A stretch of 64,000 bases of DNA from an uncultured Clostridia bacterium (GTDB taxonomy: Bacteria; Bacillota; Clostridia; Christensenellales; Borkfalkiaceae): positions 17,347 to 81,346 of the forward strand of contig CANQJF010000002.1 in the NCBI GenBank assembly GCA_947624225.1, in the 5' to 3' direction. Both the position numbers and the translations under genes were made by a program. Shown piece after piece: positions 22,883 through 31,340 of this stretch. Numbering within the stretch: the first letter of the stretch is position 1; the number at the start of each line of letters is the position of its first letter. The notes beneath the pieces were generated by a model that did not search any database, had not been told where the DNA came from, and saw only the letters and a list, made by a program, of their open reading frames with translations.

Positions 22883-23067
22883 AATGGAAATATCCTTGAA
22901 CTCTTTCTGTTCGAGCAGGGCGACGAGCGCGTCGTCATTTTCACGGCGGTGTTATGGAATTTCGCTTCGGATTTGTTCATGTGTTGGTCTCCTTCATTCG
23001 CATTATATCAAACCGTTCCGCAAAATACAACCAAAAAAACGAATTTTTGAGGGGATTAAAACAAAAA

Positions 23068-23115
23068 TTTTTTTCAGAAACCAACAAAAATCGGAATTTG
23101 TGTTGTGGCGTTTCG
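23068..23115 (+). promoter_or_regulatory. 48-nt operator-like element, copy 1 (imperfect inverted repeat GAAACCAACA-N14-TGTTGTGGCGTTTC)
   Basis: About 85 % identical by eye to 26623-26670. It lies between the divergent TetR gene and ORF 23158. Confidence 0.55.
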
Positions 23116-23157
23116 AAAAAACCTGCGTTAAAATTTTATCGAGAACGCGGAGGAAAT

Positions 23158-23808
23158 ATGGCGAAGCTCATCAAAATCATAACATTGTCGACGGGAGCGG
23201 GATCCGAGGACGATTCCGGGCTCACCATTGACGACTTGAACGAATTTCTGTCGGCAAAGACCTATGAAGAGCAATTCGGAATTCTCTTAAAGCATTCCGA
23301 AAAAAATAAAAAATTTATAGAAATAAGGAGAAAACAGAAAATGGAAAACTACAATGCGGACTATGCAGTCAGCCAAGAAGAGATCGCGAAGCAATTTGAA
23401 GAGTTTTGTAAGACAAAAGGCATCGTCGCAAAATTCAAGGTGGCGTTCGAGCAAATGGGCGACAACGCCCGCCGCCAGCACGAACAGGACAAGGCGAATC
23501 TCGAAGCCGTGAAAAACTCCGAGGAAAACAAGGAATTCCGCGAATTTTTGCACACCAAAGGCTTCAAAGCAAAGTGCCGCCTCGTCATTGAGAACATCCA
23601 GCGCGGCGCGGCAAACGCGAACGCGGACACCGCAAGAAAGCTCGATGAGCTTCACGCAAAGACGCAGGCGAGCATCCGTGCGCACAGCGTAACCCCCGGC
23701 GCAAAGCCCGCCGAATACTCCGCCGAAGAGCTTGCTGCCGAGTTCAACGCCTTTTTGAAAGAGCGCGGACTCGACGAAAAGTATGCCGTTCAAATCGTGG
23801 AGGAATGA
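23158..23808 (+). CDS. Hypothetical protein with three ~20-aa internal repeats
   Basis: A GGAGG RBS precedes ATG 23158. Repeats: EEIAKQFEEFCKTKGIVAKFKV / NKEFREFLHTKGFKAKCRLV / AEELAAEFNAFLKERGLDEKYAV. The stop overlaps the next start (ATGA). Confidence 0.6.
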   Translation: MAKLIKIITLSTGAGSEDDSGLTIDDLNEFLSAKTYEEQFGILLKHSEKNKKFIEIRRKQKMENYNADYAVSQEEIAKQFEEFCKTKGIVAKFKVAFEQMGDNARRQHEQDKANLEAVKNSEENKEFREFLHTKGFKAKCRLVIENIQRGAANANADTARKLDELHAKTQASIRAHSVTPGAKPAEYSAEELAAEFNAFLKERGLDEKYAVQIVEE

Positions 23809-24368
23809 GCATGACCGAACTCGAAAAAGCGCTTTCGGGCGAACAGTTCGACCGCAGGGACAAAGAAGTATCTCTTTTCCAAAGCAAGATAAAGGATATG
23901 CTCCACGAGTTTCACAGCTTGAAACCGTCCGATCCCAAAAGAGCGGAGATCATCAAGGAACTTGTGACGGGCTATAACGAATATGTCTTTATCGAGGACG
24001 GATTCCGTTGCAGTTTCGGCAAGAATATCCGCTTTCACGGAATGGCAATGATAAATTATGACTGCACGTTCCTCGACACAAATTTTATCGACATCGGAAG
24101 TTGCGCCCTTATAGGTCCCAATTGCAGGCTCATTTGCACCAATCATTCGATTGACCCCGACGAGCGCTTAAAAGGCGTGTTTCACGACAAGCCCATCAAA
24201 ATCGGCAACAACGTTTGGCTGGGCGCAAACGTGACTGTCTTGCCGGGCGTGACCATCGGAGACAACGCGGTGATCGGCGCTGGCTCGGTCGTCACGAAAG
24301 ATATTCCCGCTTCTGTCGTCGCTGTCGGCAATCCCTGCCGCGTGGTTAAGGAAATTGCCGAGAAATAA
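23805..24368 (+). CDS. maa: Maltose/galactoside O-acetyltransferase (hexapeptide repeat)
   Basis: 187 aa with Mac N-terminal domain features and a left-handed beta-helix (IGNNVWLGANVTVLPGVTIGDNAVIGAGSVVTKDIP). Confidence 0.8.
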   Translation: MSMTELEKALSGEQFDRRDKEVSLFQSKIKDMLHEFHSLKPSDPKRAEIIKELVTGYNEYVFIEDGFRCSFGKNIRFHGMAMINYDCTFLDTNFIDIGSCALIGPNCRLICTNHSIDPDERLKGVFHDKPIKIGNNVWLGANVTVLPGVTIGDNAVIGAGSVVTKDIPASVVAVGNPCRVVKEIAEK

Positions 24369-24389
24369 ATTCAAACCGAGGATAGGATT

Positions 24390-25952
24390 TTGAAAAAGAC
24401 CTTCGAAGTCATGGAGAACGGAGTTAAAAAGGAGAGGGTCGTATCTTACATCCCTCTCCGTTATCTCTTGAATATTCTTCTTATCTTCTTTGAAATCGCC
24501 GCCGTGATTGCCATTTTGAGCCTTATCACGATCTATGTCCCCTATTTTTATTTTGCCGTCGTCGCAACACAAGTTGGCGTTGCGATCAGCATCATCGCAC
24601 GAAACGATAACCCCGATTATAAGCTCCCGTGGCTGTTCTTCGTATTGCTCATTCCCATCATCGGGTTCATGCTCTACTTCATGTTTTATGATAGAAAGCT
24701 CAACCGCAAACAGCGAAAAAATGTGGAACGGGCAAAATCCGAGACAACGGGAAAAGACGATTCGGCGGAATTTCTCGCCTTAAAAGAGCAGGACGAACTC
24801 GTATATTCGCAGGCGGTTTCTCTTACAAAACTTTCCGCGTCCCGCCTCTACTTCGGAACGGCAATTCAATATTTCCCCCTCGGCGACGAGCTGTTCCCCG
24901 CACTTATTGAGGACTTGAAGAAAGCCGAAAAGTTTATCTTTATGGAATACTTCATCATCGAGGGCGGGCTGTTCTGGGATTCCATTCTTCATGTCTTGAA
25001 AGAAAAGGCAACGGCGGGCGTGGAGGTTCGCGTCGTCTATGACGACATCGGGTGCATGATGACGCTCCCCGGCAATTATTACAAGCAACTTGCAAAGGCG
25101 GGGATCAAATGCGTTCCGTTCTCCAAGCTCGGCGGGCAGGCGAACAACAAATTCAACAACCGAAGCCACCGAAAGATCACCGTCATCGACGGAAAAGTGG
25201 GCTACACGGGCGGCGTCAACCTTGCCGACGAATACATCAACCGCATCGTAAAACACGGGCATTGGAAGGATGTCGGGTTGCGCCTCGAAGGCGAAGCGGT
25301 GAACGAGCTGACGAGGCTGTTCCTCATTGATTACAATCAGAACGTCAAAAAGCCGACGGACGCCTTCGGGAGCTATTATGGGCATACCATGTCCGAGGGA
25401 GAGGGCTACTGTATTCCGTTCGGCGACGGTCCGAAGCCCATTTACGACAGGCAGGTTTCCAAGACGGCGATCATGAATTTATTAAACGGCGCAAAACGGT
25501 ATGTCTATATCACGACGCCCTATCTCATTATCGACAATGAGCTTGCCTCGGCAATCGAAAATACCGCGCTTCGCGGCGTGGATGTACGCATCATCACACC
25601 GCACATTCCCGATAAAAAGCTCGTCTTTTTGATGACGAGAAGCTACTATCCGCGCCTTATGGCGGCGGGCGTAAAGATTTTCGAGTACGAGAAGGGCTTT
25701 ATTCACGCAAAGACCTATTCGGCGGACGGCGAGGCGGCAATCGTCGGCACCGTAAACCTTGACTACCGTTCGCTCGTCCACCACTTTGAAAACGGCGTGT
25801 GGATGTACCAAAGCTCTGCAATCGCAGACATGGAAAAGGACTTCCTCGCTACGCAAAATCGGTCAATCGAATATCACAGCGAAATGCTCAAACAAAATGT
25901 ATGGCGGCGGTTCGTGGGCGCACTCGTAAAGATTTTCGCTCCGCTTCTATAA
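24390..25952 (+). CDS. cls: Cardiolipin synthase
   Basis: Two N-terminal TM helices and two HKD motifs (HRKITVIDGKVGYTGGVN and HAKTYSADGEAAIVGTVN). Start is TTG 24390, or possibly ATG 24411. Confidence 0.9.
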   Translation: MKKTFEVMENGVKKERVVSYIPLRYLLNILLIFFEIAAVIAILSLITIYVPYFYFAVVATQVGVAISIIARNDNPDYKLPWLFFVLLIPIIGFMLYFMFYDRKLNRKQRKNVERAKSETTGKDDSAEFLALKEQDELVYSQAVSLTKLSASRLYFGTAIQYFPLGDELFPALIEDLKKAEKFIFMEYFIIEGGLFWDSILHVLKEKATAGVEVRVVYDDIGCMMTLPGNYYKQLAKAGIKCVPFSKLGGQANNKFNNRSHRKITVIDGKVGYTGGVNLADEYINRIVKHGHWKDVGLRLEGEAVNELTRLFLIDYNQNVKKPTDAFGSYYGHTMSEGEGYCIPFGDGPKPIYDRQVSKTAIMNLLNGAKRYVYITTPYLIIDNELASAIENTALRGVDVRIITPHIPDKKLVFLMTRSYYPRLMAAGVKIFEYEKGFIHAKTYSADGEAAIVGTVNLDYRSLVHHFENGVWMYQSSAIADMEKDFLATQNRSIEYHSEMLKQNVWRRFVGALVKIFAPLL

Positions 25953-25984
25953 GGAACTTTTCTGAAAGAAAAGAGGAGAATAAA

Positions 25985-26623
25985 ATGCAAAAAAAATTTC
26001 TTCGCACATTCTTGGACTATCTCCCCGCCATTGTAACGGCGATTTTGACAGTCGTCACGCTCATTCTCTATGCGACGGTCATTGAAGAGCATGAAGTGAG
26101 CGATTTTGTGGTCGTCAGTCTGATGCCCCTCGTGCCGCTTGCGCTGATCTTCATCAACCGTCGGTGGAAATTCGGCATTCCGCGGTATCTTATTATTCTC
26201 GTCTGCCTACATCTTATTTTGTCGGCAGATGCGGGGACGGCGATGGGACTTTACGGGAGGCTTCCGTGGTGGGACCTCATGATCCACGGGTTCTTTGGAC
26301 TTTTGGGGTGTGCGTTTTTTTACTATCTCTATTTCCACTTTGAAAAGCAATCGCCAAAGCCTCTCCATTACATCGTGTTTGTGCTCCTGACGATTTCACT
26401 TGCGGGGATTTGGGAGATTTACGAGTTCATTGCGGATCTTGTTCTTCACAGCGATATGCAGTGTGTAGAGGAAGCGCTGGCGCAGGGCATTTCCCCGCTC
26501 ACCGATACCATTACGGATATGATGATCGCCGTAGCCGGTGCGCTGATATTTTATGTGGTGCTGTTCGTGATAAAGGTAATTTCGATACACAAAACGACAT
26601 CCGACGGGAAGAATCATTCTTAA
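25985..26623 (+). CDS. Integral membrane protein (possibly YjdF/DUF2238-like)
   Basis: From ATG 25985 (RBS AGAGGAG): MQKKFLRTFLDYLPAIVTAIL... with 6 hydrophobic segments. The family assignment is a tentative recollection. Confidence 0.55.
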   Translation: MQKKFLRTFLDYLPAIVTAILTVVTLILYATVIEEHEVSDFVVVSLMPLVPLALIFINRRWKFGIPRYLIILVCLHLILSADAGTAMGLYGRLPWWDLMIHGFFGLLGCAFFYYLYFHFEKQSPKPLHYIVFVLLTISLAGIWEIYEFIADLVLHSDMQCVEEALAQGISPLTDTITDMMIAVAGALIFYVVLFVIKVISIHKTTSDGKNHS

Positions 26624-26670
26624 ATTTTTCAGAAACCAACACTTTTCGGGATTTATGTTGTGGTGTTTCT
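26623..26670 (+). promoter_or_regulatory. 48-nt operator-like element, copy 2, upstream of the ABC exporter operon
   Basis: TTTTTCAGAAACCAACActtttcggGATTTaTGTTGTGGtGTTTC matches 23068-23115. A TATAAT follows at about 26685. Confidence 0.55.
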
Positions 26671-26715
26671 CCCTCGAAGGTTTTATAATTGAAGTATCAA
26701 AACAAGGAGGCGGCT

Positions 26716-27615
26716 ATGAACGCCATCGAAATTCGCAACCTCACCAAGAGTTTCCGCGGCATGTATGCGCTCGACGGCCTCGATATGACCGTCCCGCAAG
26801 GGGCCATTTACGGCTTCATCGGCGAAAACGGCAGCGGAAAATCGACCACCGAAAAGTGCATTTGCGGGCATCTCGTGCCCGACAAGGGCGAAATCACGCT
26901 GTTCGGCAAGCCGTATACCGACGCGGGCGTTCGGGCAAAAGTGGGCGCACTCATTGAAAATGCGGGGTGCTTCCCCTCGTCGAGCGTGTATAGTAACCTC
27001 ATGATGCAGGCCATCAATTTGGGTCTGAAAGACCGTGCGGGCGAGATACAAAGAGTTTTGAAGATCGTCCGCATGGAGGACAACGCGCGGCTCACGTTTA
27101 AAAAGTGTTCGCTGGGTATGAAACAACGCATCGGCATTGCCATGGCGCTCTTGGGAGATCCCGCGCTCCTCATTCTCGATGAGCCCATCAACGGGCTGGA
27201 CACCGACGGAATGCGGCTCATGCGGGAGATCCTCGTGGACATCACCAAAAATTACGGCTGCACCGTGCTCATTTCCTCGCACATCCTCGGGGAGCTCGAA
27301 AAGATCGCCACACACTACGGCATTCTCCGTCAGGGCAAGATGATAAAAGAGATCGCCGCCTCGGAAATGGACAGCCGCTCGCAAGTCTACGTTTCCCTCA
27401 AAACGAGGGACGATAAGGCCGCGGCAGAGTTCCTGCGGCGGGGCGGGCGCAACGTGAAGTTTGCAGAGGGCGAGCTTCGCGTCTATGACGAGGACGACAC
27501 GGCCAAACTCTCCGCCTATCTTTTGCAGAACGGCTTCGCCTTACGCGAACTCAAAAAGCACAAGATCGGGCTGGAAGAATACTACGTTTCGCTCATGAGC
27601 GATGAGGCGGTGTGA
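26716..27615 (+). CDS. ABC transporter ATP-binding protein (BcrA / lantibiotic-immunity type), copy 1
   Basis: MNAIEIRNLTKSF..., Walker A GENGSGKST, signature CSLGMKQR, Walker B LLILDEP. An AGGAGG RBS precedes it. Confidence 0.88.
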   Translation: MNAIEIRNLTKSFRGMYALDGLDMTVPQGAIYGFIGENGSGKSTTEKCICGHLVPDKGEITLFGKPYTDAGVRAKVGALIENAGCFPSSSVYSNLMMQAINLGLKDRAGEIQRVLKIVRMEDNARLTFKKCSLGMKQRIGIAMALLGDPALLILDEPINGLDTDGMRLMREILVDITKNYGCTVLISSHILGELEKIATHYGILRQGKMIKEIAASEMDSRSQVYVSLKTRDDKAAAEFLRRGGRNVKFAEGELRVYDEDDTAKLSAYLLQNGFALRELKKHKIGLEEYYVSLMSDEAV

Positions 27616-27616
27616 C

Positions 27617-28435
27617 ATGGAAAACGCGAAAGCATTGCAATTCGAACAACCGAGCTTCTTCCAAAGATTAAAGGGGATGCTCGGCGTGGATTTCTACCGT
27701 CTCTTCCACACGCCCCTCTTCTACATCTTCATCACAATTGCCGCCATCATTCCCGCGCTCGTCTCCATGGGAGCAATGGGCGAGGGAGAGACTGCGGGGA
27801 TGTTCACAAACGCTTGGCAGATCATCGCGGCAGACAGCCCGCTGTATGTCATCCACGACATGGGCGAGTATGCCAACATGAACATGGTGTTCATCTTCGG
27901 CGGCATCATGGTGTCCATCTTCATCGGGCACGACTACCGGAGCGGGTACGTCAAGCAGCTCTTCACCACCCACGCCAAGAAAGAGGACTACATGATAAGC
28001 AAAACCCTCGTCTCCGCGTTCTCGATGGTGTGTATGTGCTTTACCTACCTCATCGGCGGCATGATTGCGGGGGCTGCGACGGGGCTTCCGTTCACGGTGA
28101 ATGCGGGTTCGCTTCTCTGCGCCATTTTGGGCAAAATGATCATGAGCCTCGGCTGGGCGAGTCTCTACACTTTCATCAACGTCATTTTCAGAAGAAAGTT
28201 CGGCATCTCCATTGCCCTCTGCTTTGTGCTCGGCACGGGCATCCCTGTCATCGGCGCGGCGGCACTTGTCGGCAATACGGCGGCTCTCAATATCTTCCTC
28301 TACGGCTCGTCGGTGCAGGCATGTTTGAGTTCAAACTTTGTGTCCGTCGTGATCTGCCTCATGAATTCTGTCGTGTGGGCGGTCGTCTATAACGTCCTCG
28401 GTGCGGTGATTTTATATCATCGGGACGTCTATTGA
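27617..28435 (+). CDS. ABC-2 type permease, copy 1
   Basis: 272 aa with 6 predicted TM segments. The start lies 1 nt after the ATPase stop. Confidence 0.75.
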   Translation: MENAKALQFEQPSFFQRLKGMLGVDFYRLFHTPLFYIFITIAAIIPALVSMGAMGEGETAGMFTNAWQIIAADSPLYVIHDMGEYANMNMVFIFGGIMVSIFIGHDYRSGYVKQLFTTHAKKEDYMISKTLVSAFSMVCMCFTYLIGGMIAGAATGLPFTVNAGSLLCAILGKMIMSLGWASLYTFINVIFRRKFGISIALCFVLGTGIPVIGAAALVGNTAALNIFLYGSSVQACLSSNFVSVVICLMNSVVWAVVYNVLGAVILYHRDVY

Positions 28436-28444
28436 GGTGAAGCT

Positions 28445-29347
28445 ATGAACGCCATCGAAATCAGAAATTTAACCAAAGCATTCGGGGACAAGTTGGCAGT
28501 AAACGGGCTAACCATGTCCGTACCGGAGGGCGCAATTTACGGTTTTATCGGCGAAAACGGCAGCGGAAAATCGACCACCGAAAAGTGCATTTGCGGCCTC
28601 ATTCAGCCGAGTAGCGGAGAGATCAAACTTTGGGGGAAAGATTACCGGGATCAGGGCGCCCGCGCGCAAATCGGCGTTCTCATCGAGGCCCCCGGGTGCT
28701 TCCCCAACTACTCCGTCTGGAACAATATGAAACTGCAAGCCGCCAACCTCGGGATCAAGAACGAGGACGAGGAGATACGGCGCGTTCTACACCTCGTCCG
28801 CATGGACGGCGCGGCTTCGAACAAGTTCAAAAACTGCTCGCTCGGCATGAAACAACGCATAGGAATTGCCTTTGCACTTCTCGGAAATCCAAAACTGCTC
28901 GTTCTCGACGAGCCCATCAACGGGCTGGATGCCGACGGGATGCGCATCATGCGGGAGATTTTGTTGGATCTCTCGCACCGCGGCACGTCCGTGCTCATCT
29001 CCTCGCACATCTTGGGCGAGCTCGAAAAGATCGCCACCCACTACGGCATCATCCGCGGCGGCAAAATGCTTCGTGAAATGACCGCCTCGGAGCTCAACGC
29101 GAACTGCCCGACCTATGTCGCCCTCAAAACGAACGAGACCGAAAGGGCGCGGGACATCTTACAGCAGGCATATGGCAGAGCCGAGATTGACGAACAGACG
29201 GGCGAGGTCCGCGTCTATGGAGCGTATGCAGAAGATGTCGCAAAATATCTGTTCGGAAACTTCGGGATCGCCGTGAGCGAGATCCGCACGGCAAAAATCA
29301 GCCTCGAAGAATACTATGTGGGGCTCATGCAGGAGGGAAGAAGATGA
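28445..29347 (+). CDS. ABC transporter ATP-binding protein (BcrA / lantibiotic-immunity type), copy 2
   Basis: A paralogue of 26716-27615, sharing MNAIEIRNLTK, GAIYGFIGENGSGKSTTEKCICG and ISSHILGELEKIATHYGI. Confidence 0.88.
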   Translation: MNAIEIRNLTKAFGDKLAVNGLTMSVPEGAIYGFIGENGSGKSTTEKCICGLIQPSSGEIKLWGKDYRDQGARAQIGVLIEAPGCFPNYSVWNNMKLQAANLGIKNEDEEIRRVLHLVRMDGAASNKFKNCSLGMKQRIGIAFALLGNPKLLVLDEPINGLDADGMRIMREILLDLSHRGTSVLISSHILGELEKIATHYGIIRGGKMLREMTASELNANCPTYVALKTNETERARDILQQAYGRAEIDEQTGEVRVYGAYAEDVAKYLFGNFGIAVSEIRTAKISLEEYYVGLMQEGRR

Positions 29348-30147
29348 GCGCGAATCTTAAAACCGATGACTTTGGAAAACGCCTGAAAACAATGCTCAAA
29401 GTGGACTTTCGGAGAATGTTTACGATGCCGACTGTGTGGATCATGCTCGGCATTTCTCTCGCACTCCCCATCCTTATCTTGGTGATGACCTCATTCGTGG
29501 GGGGCATGTCCGCGGTTGACCCTCAGACAGGCTTGGAAACGGAGATGGAGAGTTTCACGAACGTCTGGCAGGCGATTGGCTCGGCAGGCGGAAGCGCCAT
29601 GAGCATGGACCTCACGGGCATGTGCAATATCAATCTCCTGTACTTCCTTGTGGCGATCTTCGTGTGTCTCTTTGTGGGCGAAGATTTCCGGAGCGGATAC
29701 GTCAAGAACCTTTTCACCGTGCGCGCGAAGAAGCTCGATTATGTCCTCTCCAAAACCGTCGTTTTGTTTGCGGCATCCGTCGGGATGTTCGTCCTCTACT
29801 TTGTGGGCGCGATGATCGGCGGCGGGATCGCGGGGCTCTCTTTCGACCTCGCGGAGGTGGGCGCAAGCGCGGGCAGCATCGTCCTCTGCATGGTGAGCAA
29901 AGTGTTCTTTGCGCTCGTCTTTGTGTCGATTGCCCTGACGCTTTCAACCGTCGGGAAGCAAACATTGTGGCTCTCCATCCTCGGCTCTCTCGCGGCGGGC
30001 ATGCTCCTCTTCACCATGATCCCCATGATGACGCCCCTCAATGCGGGCGCATTCCACGTCATCCTCTGTGTCGTCGGCGGCCCGCTGTTCGCCGCCGGGC
30101 TCGGGGCGGTCAGCACCGTCATTTTAAGCAAGACGAATTTGATCTGA
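29344..30147 (+). CDS. ABC-2 type permease, copy 2
   Basis: A paralogue of 27617-28435, sharing the DFRSGYVK..LFT..AKK.DY..SKT block. It overlaps the ATPase stop. Confidence 0.75.
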   Translation: MSANLKTDDFGKRLKTMLKVDFRRMFTMPTVWIMLGISLALPILILVMTSFVGGMSAVDPQTGLETEMESFTNVWQAIGSAGGSAMSMDLTGMCNINLLYFLVAIFVCLFVGEDFRSGYVKNLFTVRAKKLDYVLSKTVVLFAASVGMFVLYFVGAMIGGGIAGLSFDLAEVGASAGSIVLCMVSKVFFALVFVSIALTLSTVGKQTLWLSILGSLAAGMLLFTMIPMMTPLNAGAFHVILCVVGGPLFAAGLGAVSTVILSKTNLI

Positions 30148-30224
30148 ACGGTCTTTGTCCGTCCCCGTCCGCTCCCATCCTTTGCCCACCCTCGGACTTT
30201 GTCCGCGCAACAACACTTCCGACG

Positions 30225-30256
30225 AGAAAAAAACCGCACACGGTGCGGTTTTTTTA
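30225..30256. terminator. Bidirectional intrinsic terminator
   Basis: AAAAAAA-CCGCACACGGTGCGG-TTTTTTT between convergent genes. Confidence 0.75.
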
Positions 30257-30278
30257 CGGAATAGATGTTACGAGCCCC

Positions 30279-30725
30279 TCAGTCGAGCCGCCCCGCCTCT
30301 TGCAGAGCGCGCTCCAAGATGTCTGCCGAGTCAAAGACGAGTTCGGCACAGGGCCGCTTTTTGTAATACTCCGCCGTGCGCGCTTGAGCGTTGGGGGAGG
30401 CATCATACTGCACGCCCGCACCCGTCAAAAGTTCGCCGCAGACAAAGCTGCCGTTGCGCTCGCGAAAGGCATTCGCGTGCCGTTGGATGCGCGCATAGAT
30501 CTCGCTCTTGCCCTCTTCGGGAAAGAGCAATCCGTACAGCACGGCCGCACCCGAAACGGCGCCGCACACGCTCCTGAGCCTACCCATGCCCGCGCCGAGG
30601 CCTATGGAAACGCGCGAGAGAACGCCCTCGTCCGCACCCGTCAGATCGGCAAACGCACAGACGATTGCCTGTGCGCAATTGTAGCCCTGTAAAAACAGCT
30701 CTCTTGCCCGTTCTGCTCTCGTCAT
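30279..30725 (-). CDS. C_GCAxxG_C_C family (putative redox-active) protein
   Basis: From ATG 30725: MTRAERARELFLQGYNCAQAIVCAFADL... with the family-defining cysteine pattern (NCAQ, SVCGAVSG, FVCGELL, RPCAELV). Confidence 0.75.
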   Translation of the reverse strand: MTRAERARELFLQGYNCAQAIVCAFADLTGADEGVLSRVSIGLGAGMGRLRSVCGAVSGAAVLYGLLFPEEGKSEIYARIQRHANAFRERNGSFVCGELLTGAGVQYDASPNAQARTAEYYKKRPCAELVFDSADILERALQEAGRLD

Positions 30726-30812
30726 GATGTCCTTCCCGGGGGTACTCCCCCCTTTTTGCACGAAAACCGCTCTGCCGTTGACAAACGCGGCGGCCTGTGG
30801 TAAGATAAAGAT

Positions 30813-31295
30813 ATGAAGATCTACTACACGCGCACCCCCGCGGAGGGGTTTCTCCGAGAAGCGCTCGCGCGGGAATACGACGGCCCCATAAGGCTCTTGC
30901 GAACGAATCGCGGCAAGCCCTATCTCCCCGAGGCGGATGCGCCCAAATTCAGCCTCACACACACCGACGGACTGCTCGCCGTCGCGATCGGGCCCCGTGA
31001 AGTCGGGCTGGATGCGGAAAAACGGGCGCCGCGCAACGTGCAAGCGGTGCTCGCCCGCCTGACCCCCGCCGAGAGACGGGAGGATTTCTTTGCGCTGTGG
31101 ACGGCCAAGGAGAGCTTTATCAAGTATTGCGGCAACACGCTCGCCGTCATGTATCGCCGCCTCGTCTATGCCGACGGAGTGCTCCTCTTGGACGGCATTC
31201 CCCAAGCCGTGAGTTTGCAGCATTTCGAGCTCGCGGGATGCACGCTGTGCCTTTGCACCGCGGCGCCAGAGGAGACGAACTTCCTCGAACTTTGA
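30813..31295 (+). CDS. 4'-phosphopantetheinyl transferase superfamily protein
   Basis: 160 aa. FSLTHTDGLLAVAI, VGLDAE and WTAKESFIKYCG correspond to PPTase motifs 1-3. Confidence 0.75.
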   Translation: MKIYYTRTPAEGFLREALAREYDGPIRLLRTNRGKPYLPEADAPKFSLTHTDGLLAVAIGPREVGLDAEKRAPRNVQAVLARLTPAERREDFFALWTAKESFIKYCGNTLAVMYRRLVYADGVLLLDGIPQAVSLQHFELAGCTLCLCTAAPEETNFLEL

Positions 31296-31340
31296 CTAAT
31301 TCCACCGCTTTTCGGCATACCATGTCCGAAAGAAAGCCTC

